Assembly (NCBI GenBank): GCA_016840035.1
Contig: JAEOTC010000040.1
Span: 1-23,990 of the forward strand
Reading direction: 5' to 3'
Origin: Candidatus Hodarchaeota archaeon
Lineage (GTDB): Archaea > Asgardarchaeota > Heimdallarchaeia > Hodarchaeales > Hodarchaeaceae
DNA length: 23,990 bases
This document shows, in pieces, positions 16,830 through 23,990 of this stretch (within the stretch, counting starts at the first letter, position 1; every line of letters starts with the position of its first letter). The position numbers were made by a program, and so were the translations under genes. The notes under the pieces are model-generated. The model had not been told where the DNA came from. It worked only from the letters and a program-made list of their open reading frames with translations, and did not search any database.

Positions 16830-18191
16830 CTATACATCAGCAGAGATATTTTTTAATGTCAGTTTAATGACTTCTTTTCCTCCCACGAGATTTTTAATGC
16901 GAATCCGTTCATTTTGTCCATGGGCACCATCTGAAGGCTGACCGATACCAACTCCTATAGCTGGAGCATTAAATGTTTTCTCCATAAAGGGAATAATGGG
17001 AATGGATCCTCCTGATCGAGCAAAAGAAGGTGAGATTTTCCAGTATTCTTCAAGAGCAGCTTTACCTGCAGTAAAGAGGAAATTATTAACATCCCCAAAC
17101 CACCAATCTCCGCTACCTAATGGGGAAATACTAAGTTTATTGGGAGAGTCTAACTTTTCAAATTCTTTTTCCGTAAATTGAATGAATAGATCTGTTATTT
17201 CTTCCGGATCTTGATTAGGAACTAAGCGCATACTTACTTTCCCAATTACCTTTCCAGGAACAACTGTTTTTGCCCCTGATGCACTAAAAGCTCCTTCTAT
17301 ACCGTGTATTGATAAACATGGATTCCGCCACATATTCATCAAGGATTCTGTAGCGTTCTCATTAAGTAGCCGTGAAACTCCAACAGTATCTTTGAATTCC
17401 TGCAAAGAAAACTCTAAGTTCTTATACAATTCTTTTTCATCATTAGTTATGGGATTTACTTTATCATAAAATCTATCAATTAGCACTTTTCCATTCAAGT
17501 CGACAAATCGAGACATTAGATAAATCAAATCAATTAGAGGTTCACGAATTACCCCTCCAACCATCCCTGAATGTTGGTCACTAGAGGGGCCCTCTATTTC
17601 CACCGCAAGATAGGTAATTCCTCGAAATCCATAATCAAGTGAAGGTTGTCCATCTGTAAACCATGATGTATCAAGAATCATAATCCCGTCTACTTGTCCA
17701 AAAAAGTCTTTATTCTTAAGAACAGTCTCTTCAAATCCACCTGATGAACTTTCTTCTTCCCCTTCATATAAAATCCGTACATTAACGGGAAAATCATTAT
17801 TTTCTTGGAGTAACTCACTTAATGCGAAGATGGTGGCAGTAATTGGTCCTTTATCATCATCAGTACCCCTTCCATAGACGTACTCGTCACCTTTAGACGT
17901 CAAAACGAATGGGTCAGTATCCCACCCATCTTCTATTTCTGCAGGTTGGACATCATAATGAGAATAAAATAGGATTGTTTTCTTATTACGATCGTCTCCA
18001 AATTTCCCAAAAACTAAAGGATTCTTATCTTTCTCTTCATTACTTACAATTTTCGAATGGAATCCGATTTCTTCTAACTTAACTTGAATGAACTCTGCTG
18101 TTTTTCTTGATTCATTCGCTTGATTTTTGTCTGAACTTACAGATTTAAAAGCGATTAATTGTCGTAGAAAGTCAATAATAGCGTCATCCAT
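16830..18191 (-). CDS. M20 family metallo-dipeptidase, CNDP2/Dug1-like
   Basis: Metal ligand motifs [32 protein letters not shown]; dimerisation-domain motifs QHSG, [8 protein letters not shown]...GAKTVVP, MRLVP, GGSIP. Confidence 0.92.
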   Translation of the reverse strand: [453 protein letters not shown]

Positions 18192-18264
18192 GAGATTTTC
18201 CTCTAAAAATGGATGCTCAATAGAATAAATAAGAATGTTTAGTTACATTCACCAAAAAAGTATG

Positions 18265-18314
18265 AAGAAATAAATTCAAAAATCGAAAAGAAAAGAAGGA
18301 AGAAAGAAAGTAAT
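18265..18314 (-). terminator. Long T-rich putative terminator of the ABC operon
   Basis: Minus strand reads attactttctttcttccttcttttcttttcgatttttg right after the stop. Confidence 0.5.
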
Positions 18315-20144
18315 CTACTTTCTTCTCGTTACAATACCATCTTCCATCAGAATTTGTCTTTCTGCGTAAGCAGCGATATCTTCCTCATGGGTAATTATAA
18401 CGACGGTAGTTCCAGTCTCTTCGTGGAACTTTTTTAAGAGATCCATCACTTGTTTACCGGTTCCACTATCGAGATCACCAGTTGGTTCATCTGCAAATAT
18501 CACCGCAGGTTGATTTGTCAGTGCGCGCGCAATGGCTACTCTCTGCATCTGTCCACCACTTAACTGTGCAGGAAATTGCTTTGCCTGTTGATCAATACCC
18601 ACACCTGAAAGTAAGTTTTCGATACGTTGTTTCAGCTCCTTACTTAAACTACCTGCAAGATCAGCGGGTAACGCTACATTCTCCCGAGTGTTGAAGTGGG
18701 GAAGGAGTGCATAACTCTGAAATATGAATCCCATCTCTCTAAGTCGAACATCGGCCTTATTTGAATCATTCATTTTGTGAAGATCTTTTCCTCGGAAGTA
18801 AACGGTTCCATGATCTGGTGAATCAAGACTAGCCATACAATTAAGGAGAGTTGTTTTTCCAGCACCTGATGATCCAACAATGGCCACGAATTCTCCTTCT
18901 TTTATATCAAGGTTAACGCCTCGAATTGCATAAACCGTATTACGTCCAAGGTTGTAGTTCTTGAAGAGTCCACGGACAGCAATAATTGTATTTGCATCAA
19001 TTTTTTCTGCAGCTGTCTTCTCTACTTGAAGCAGCTGTGCATTAAAACTAAAGAAGGGTAAATCGGAACCAAAATAATCTGACCATATTTTTAGTGTTTC
19101 TGCTTCAACAAAAAGGTCAACACTTAGTTCTGCCATGGTGTGTAAAGCTTGTTTAAACTCTTTTTTGGAATCTACGGTTTTAATTCCATTTACTCCAACA
19201 TCCAGATAATCACGGATGCACAACTGGCACTTTTGTATTAATTCGCTTACTTCATGTAATTTTACTTTACCAGCTGAAATTTCTTCCGAGAGACGTGCGA
19301 TGGTAGCATTAAAATCACCAAAATCGCTTTTAAGGTTGTATTGAGTGAGATACATCCTAGGTATTTCAAAGAGATTAAATATCCTATAGATGAGATTCTC
19401 TAACTCTTGGAGAGCGCTCAACTTGGCAACGAGAATTCGTAAGAAGAGTTCAAACTTGGCCTGCAACTTTTTGTCTGTAGTCGCATAATGTTGTTTAGAT
19501 ATCTCATCCTCAAGTTTTGTTAGTACATTGTTCATTTCATCTAATCGTTGGACAGTTGGACTCAAAAAAGTAACAAAAAAGTTAGTAATCAATAATTGAT
19601 CAACAATTCCACCGATATCTATGGGTACTTCTGCCGTAGAGCCACAGAAGAGAGGAAAATCAAAACCTGATAGATAAAATCGATATTCATTTACTTCATT
19701 GATATCCCATAATGTAATGAAACTTTTATTACTTAATTCACAGAAAACTTTGGGAAGTTCGGTGTTGAGTATTTTCAATTCAGAGTCTAGTCTTTTCTTA
19801 AGGCTGCCATCAATTTCATTGATGAAATTTTTAACAATTTGAGACGTTTCTTTGAGTTCCTGATTATTTTGCAATAAACGTTTGAATTTCTTTTCATTCC
19901 TTTTATTGTAGGACTCATATCGCTTGAAAAGTGATCCTTTCTCAACTTTCTCAACTAATTCAGGGTACAGAGTTCCATTTGGTTTTTCCCCAGAGAGAAA
20001 AATAAATGAATTTAGTTCTTGACTCGCAATACTCTTTTTCTTAACATGGAGGAGTTTTTTCAAGTCTGAAGCCATATTATCTCGTAATTCAGCATTTAAT
20101 GTCCTTAAGGGTTTATCTATTAGAGCTGCAGTGTATATTTTCAT
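18315..20144 (-). CDS. LolD/MacB-family ABC ATPase with a ~385-aa N-terminal helical domain of unknown family
   Basis: C-terminal NBD from about aa 387: [52 protein letters not shown], with the ATG 2 nt after the upstream stop. Confidence 0.9.
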   Translation of the reverse strand: MKIYTAALIDKPLRTLNAELRDNMASDLKKLLHVKKKSIASQELNSFIFLSGEKPNGTLYPELVEKVEKGSLFKRYESYNKRNEKKFKRLLQNNQELKETSQIVKNFINEIDGSLKKRLDSELKILNTELPKVFCELSNKSFITLWDINEVNEYRFYLSGFDFPLFCGSTAEVPIDIGGIVDQLLITNFFVTFLSPTVQRLDEMNNVLTKLEDEISKQHYATTDKKLQAKFELFLRILVAKLSALQELENLIYRIFNLFEIPRMYLTQYNLKSDFGDFNATIARLSEEISAGKVKLHEVSELIQKCQLCIRDYLDVGVNGIKTVDSKKEFKQALHTMAELSVDLFVEAETLKIWSDYFGSDLPFFSFNAQLLQVEKTAAEKIDANTIIAVRGLFKNYNLGRNTVYAIRGVNLDIKEGEFVAIVGSSGAGKTTLLNCMASLDSPDHGTVYFRGKDLHKMNDSNKADVRLREMGFIFQSYALLPHFNTRENVALPADLAGSLSKELKQRIENLLSGVGIDQQAKQFPAQLSGGQMQRVAIARALTNQPAVIFADEPTGDLDSGTGKQVMDLLKKFHEETGTTVVIITHEEDIAAYAERQILMEDGIVTRRK

Positions 20145-20146
20145 TT

Positions 20147-20908
20147 TTATTCCTCCAAGAATGGTCCCATTTCAACATGGGAAATTTTACCATCAAGCAT
20201 ATGAACTATGTAATCGCACCGTTCCGCTATCCAGCGATTATGAGTTACTAAGACAAAGGTTTGACGATTAATTTTATTTATTCTCCGAAAAAGATTCATA
20301 ACTTCAGCGGAAGTTGTACTATCCAAATCTCCGGTGGGTTCATCACCCAAAATAATTGCTGGATCAGTAATCAATGCTCTTGCAACAGCAACACGTTGTT
20401 GTTGCCCCCCAGAGAGTTCCAGTGGACTATGGTATAATCGATCTCCCATTCCTAAATCTCGTAGTAACATTTTCGCCTGTTCTCGCGCAATACCCGAATT
20501 ATATCCTTTTAGAAGTAGCGGGGTTTCGACATTCTCGACTGCAGTTAAAAAAGAAAAGAGATTGAAAAGCTGGAAAATAAATCCAATATTGTCTCGTCGA
20601 AAAGCAGTCATTTGTCCATCAGATAGATTATTTGTATCAATATCAGAGATAAAGATTTCTCCACCAGAATTTTTATCCAAATGGCCAATCATATTAAGTA
20701 AAGTTGTTTTTCCACAACCTGAAGGACCCATGATTGCCATCATGTCGCCTTTTCTAACTTCTAGATCGACACCTCTGAGAGCATGGACTTCATTTGATTT
20801 ACCTTCATTATATCGTTTATGAAGACCTTCAATCCGTAGAATGACTTCTGTGTCGTCTATTTGTGACACTTGGGGTACTTCCTTAAATTTAACTTCGTTT
20901 TGTGTCAT
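20147..20908 (-). CDS. ABC transporter ATP-binding protein, LolD/MacB family
   Basis: GPSGCGKT, GFIFQLFNL, LSGGQQQRVAVARAL, ILGDEPTGDLD, VTHN. ATG 20908 follows AGGTGA; the track's GTG 20917 is part of that SD. Confidence 0.95.
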   Translation of the reverse strand: MTQNEVKFKEVPQVSQIDDTEVILRIEGLHKRYNEGKSNEVHALRGVDLEVRKGDMMAIMGPSGCGKTTLLNMIGHLDKNSGGEIFISDIDTNNLSDGQMTAFRRDNIGFIFQLFNLFSFLTAVENVETPLLLKGYNSGIAREQAKMLLRDLGMGDRLYHSPLELSGGQQQRVAVARALITDPAIILGDEPTGDLDSTTSAEVMNLFRRINKINRQTFVLVTHNRWIAERCDYIVHMLDGKISHVEMGPFLEE

Positions 20909-20918
20909 TTTTTTCACC

Positions 20919-23900
20919 TTAACCTACATACCTCAATGCTTCAGCCGCTGGGATTCGACTAGCGACCCAACCAGGGATTGCACCTGCCAAGAGTCCAATG
21001 AATGTAATAAACGAAAGGTACGCAGTAATCGTGCCCCAGGGAATGACGACTGGTACATCCATCATATTTGCAAAACCAACGTTCACAAAAAGCCCATTAA
21101 CAACTCCAATAATTAAACCTATGAATCCAAGGACTAATAGTTCTAAGAGAGCTGCTAACATTACTTGAAAACGGGGGAAACCTATTGCTCTCATCATTCC
21201 AATTTCTCGTTTCCTTTCAGCGACATTTCGTACTGAAATAACAGCCATACCTACAGCACCAATGACTAACCCAAAATTCACATAAATCTGTAGAAAGCTT
21301 GTCATTTGCTCCATGGATTCTAATTCTTGTTCAATTCGTCCATAAATCGTTTCAGCTGTTCCCAGAATTAAATTATCACCGATAAGTTTTCGGTAACCCT
21401 CATCCTCTGTATTTGTAAATTCTTCAATCTTTTGTGCGAGCTCTTCGATTTTGGGATCATCAAGAGCGTAGGCTGTTTTAATTATGAAGGTATCAAATTG
21501 TTCAGGTGCTCTCCATGAGGGCGAGGGAATACCTGCCATTCCGAAGAAGCTAGTATTTACCGAATAACGTGAGGGAATATAGATCGACCCTAAACTACTT
21601 GAATCTCCAGAAAACCCATCATCAGGACCCATTGATGGGGATAATGGAAATCCACCTGCACGATTTGAATCGAAGGAACCACCAACTGTAAAAGTCTGAT
21701 ACACAATATCTTGATCTGTTACTCCAGTTCTATACATTGGGATCCAAATTTGCATTCCTACAGGTAAGATGAAGGAATCAGTAAAGACGATAGGGTTACT
21801 AATATTTTGTCCAAATTCATCCTTTATAACATCAATTTCGTCTAGATCGTATGAAAATAGACTTTGAAAATCTTCAATACTAAAATCAGTCAGCATATCT
21901 AAATCAAAAGAGATATTGTACGCTTTCATCGTATACGAGGGATCGAAAAATGCATCCCAACCTCTTTTTGTAAGATTTAATAACTCCTCATCGGTATATT
22001 CCGAACCTGCAAATCCCATTCCAACGGAACCAGAAGTCATACCTGCTGGTCTTACACCGTCAGGGAGACTGCCAAGATAAAAGTCATAACGCCAATTCTC
22101 GTCATTAGCATTAACAGCATCACCCCGAATTTGCTCTGGACGAAGTTCGATGTATGAGAGAGGAAGAAAGTCTGGAGTTTCATTCGTTGCATATGGATCT
22201 TCTAAGACAACGAACTGGGAGGGGTCGAACGTTGGTTGATAGGTTTTTATCTCAATAATGTCAGTTATTTGAGAGTCTAAATTATAGGTTTCATTTGAGT
22301 AGGTTGTATTACTCAGTAGTGTTTCAGGTCTACTTAAAGTAACTAGTAGGTCTACTCCGCGAGAGTCCTCCTCAGATTGTCCTATTGTACTATCAATATT
22401 AGTGGCAACTAGTGCAGCAACAGTAACATTCAAGGTAAGCACTACGGCAAATATCGCGAAAGTAAGTGTTGATCGAGTTTTATGGGAAGAAATAAGGGCA
22501 GGGGCAACCTGTGCTACTCCTTTAACACCCCGGATTCGAATCAACGTTCCACGCAGGAAACCCATTAATGACGGTAAGTTCATTCCTACGAGCAGAACAG
22601 ATCCAATGACAATTTCTATAATGGAGATAATGAGAAAACTTAATGAACCACCGCTCATATTTGAAATCCATCCATTTCCCATTGCCACTACAAACATGAA
22701 TACTGGTGTTGCCCAAAGAACAATAGCTGTGAGATTAAATGCCTTAGTTCTACTTATGTACCTCGAAAGGATTATTCCTAAGCCTGTAAATAGAAATCCA
22801 GCACCTAAAAGTATGTTTTCCCATTCTTCAATAGTATCCCAACCTGAAGTAAGCCAAATATAGTTGAGTTCTTCATTAAGGATACCATTACTTAATAGAT
22901 AGAAAATTCCCAATAGACTGGAAAGTACGCCTAATAAGGCAAAATTTCGAGTAGATTTTTCTTCAAAGACTAGCTTTATTCCTCTCAAAGCTTCAACAAT
23001 GTTAACACGTGAAGCTCGTAACGCAGGGAGAAGTCCTGTAAGAATTCCAAGTAGGACTCCAATAATAACTGAATTATTTATGACCACCTGATTTAGAACG
23101 GGTTGTACACTAAAAGCTCCAGTCCCAAATAAGCTAGCTAAGTAAAGAGCAACTATATAGCCGAAAATTAATCCTCCAATAAGTCCAAAGATTCCACCAA
23201 AGACACCTTGAAACACTGTTTCAAAGAACATTGATCGAAATATTCCTAGTCGTTTCTCACCGACTGCTCTTAAAACACCTGTTTGAAATTCCCGATCTTC
23301 AACGCTCATTAATTGGACATTTGTAATTAGAAGGACACCCGTAATTACTATGAGAAGTCCAAGTACATTTAGAAATGATGACATTAAATTAAAGACAAGT
23401 CCAATAATTTGCATGTACAAAAGACGTGAAGAAAAGACTGAATATTCTTTGAAAGTTTGATCTCCGACAGTGATTTCAGGAATAGCTTCCTCTAATGCTT
23501 CAACTTGGGCATCTAGAACTGATTCATCGATTTCGTTGTTGAGATGATCCGTCTGATAAGTTACCTTATATGAACCAATAATATCTTTTGTCCTGAACGG
23601 ATTCAAGATACTCCAATAGACCCAATCTTGACAAGCTTCAAGTGAAAATAACACACCACGATAAGAGGCACCAATCCCTGGTCGATTTGAATCATATATT
23701 CCTAAGACGTTTAGAGTGACACGTTCTATTTGGTATAGAGTACCATTGACACCTATAATAGGAAATCCTGAGGTTTGGTTGATAATTGGAAGCCCTGTTG
23801 TTTCGTTAAGAATTGGACCAAAAGTGAAAGTATAATTATTAAATTGGGTATTTAATTCAAGGGGTAAAGAAGTGCTTTTATTCACTCCCATTGCTTTTGC

Positions 23901-23990
23901 TAAATCACTTGAAATTAAAACACTTGTATTATCGACTAAATATTCAGCTATATTCATTTCTTCTTCAGTATACCAATCATAAAAGGTACC
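20919..23990 (-). CDS. Large FtsX/MacB-like ABC permease with two FtsX domains, 5' end outside the window
   Basis: FtsX motifs SVEDREFQTGVLRAVG and NVAERKREIGMMRAIG, PALRASRVNIVEALR, terminal IPAAEALRY; many TM segments and large acidic extracellular domains. The frame stays open past ATG 23957 to the edge (GTFYDWYTEEE-M). Confidence 0.93.
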   Translation of the reverse strand, partial: GTFYDWYTEEEMNIAEYLVDNTSVLISSDLAKAMGVNKSTSLPLELNTQFNNYTFTFGPILNETTGLPIINQTSGFPIIGVNGTLYQIERVTLNVLGIYDSNRPGIGASYRGVLFSLEACQDWVYWSILNPFRTKDIIGSYKVTYQTDHLNNEIDESVLDAQVEALEEAIPEITVGDQTFKEYSVFSSRLLYMQIIGLVFNLMSSFLNVLGLLIVITGVLLITNVQLMSVEDREFQTGVLRAVGEKRLGIFRSMFFETVFQGVFGGIFGLIGGLIFGYIVALYLASLFGTGAFSVQPVLNQVVINNSVIIGVLLGILTGLLPALRASRVNIVEALRGIKLVFEEKSTRNFALLGVLSSLLGIFYLLSNGILNEELNYIWLTSGWDTIEEWENILLGAGFLFTGLGIILSRYISRTKAFNLTAIVLWATPVFMFVVAMGNGWISNMSGGSLSFLIISIIEIVIGSVLLVGMNLPSLMGFLRGTLIRIRGVKGVAQVAPALISSHKTRSTLTFAIFAVVLTLNVTVAALVATNIDSTIGQSEEDSRGVDLLVTLSRPETLLSNTTYSNETYNLDSQITDIIEIKTYQPTFDPSQFVVLEDPYATNETPDFLPLSYIELRPEQIRGDAVNANDENWRYDFYLGSLPDGVRPAGMTSGSVGMGFAGSEYTDEELLNLTKRGWDAFFDPSYTMKAYNISFDLDMLTDFSIEDFQSLFSYDLDEIDVIKDEFGQNISNPIVFTDSFILPVGMQIWIPMYRTGVTDQDIVYQTFTVGGSFDSNRAGGFPLSPSMGPDDGFSGDSSSLGSIYIPSRYSVNTSFFGMAGIPSPSWRAPEQFDTFIIKTAYALDDPKIEELAQKIEEFTNTEDEGYRKLIGDNLILGTAETIYGRIEQELESMEQMTSFLQIYVNFGLVIGAVGMAVISVRNVAERKREIGMMRAIGFPRFQVMLAALLELLVLGFIGLIIGVVNGLFVNVGFANMMDVPVVIPWGTITAYLSFITFIGLLAGAIPGWVASRIPAAEALRYVG

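Noticed and set aside
3463-18694. Other short nested ORFs (3463, 4970, 5794, 7146, 7375, 8580, 10125, 10199, 13891, 14279, 16996, 18482)
   Set aside because: They overlap well-supported genes or, for 13891-14073, the repeat and promoter spacer; none shows recognisable motifs or an SD.
20334-22863. ORFs 20334-20822, 20374-20565, 20841-21116, 22402-22863 and 22522-22716
   Set aside because: Antisense or alternate-frame shadows of the ABC ATPase and permease genes.

Overview
AT-rich, gene-dense window with archaeal signals (GGTG/GGAGG Shine-Dalgarno motifs, TATA-like boxes, oligo-T terminators). Gene content suggests an Asgard archaeon, possibly Heimdallarchaeia/Hodarchaeales; that placement is inference only. 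Two MacB/FtsX-type (type VII) ABC transporter loci, both cut by the window edges, bracket a metabolic block: split class I fumarate hydratase, sucCD-like acyl-CoA synthetase, a divergent Lrp regulator/PLP aminotransferase pair, a YdiJ-like FAD/Fe-S 2-hydroxyacid oxidoreductase, a SAM methyltransferase, a CoA-transferase-GNAT fusion, two tandem ~113-aa orphan paralogues and a CNDP2/Dug1-like M20 dipeptidase. Most notable: (i) the right-hand ABC operon has two different ATPases, one with a ~385-aa soluble helical N-terminal domain; (ii) a diverged ~65-bp direct repeat with an ArsR/SmtB-operator-like core flanks the methyltransferase; (iii) the orphan paralogue pair; (iv) the CoA-transferase N-terminus lies upstream of any canonical in-frame start codon. 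No rRNA, tRNA, CRISPR array or transposase was seen.
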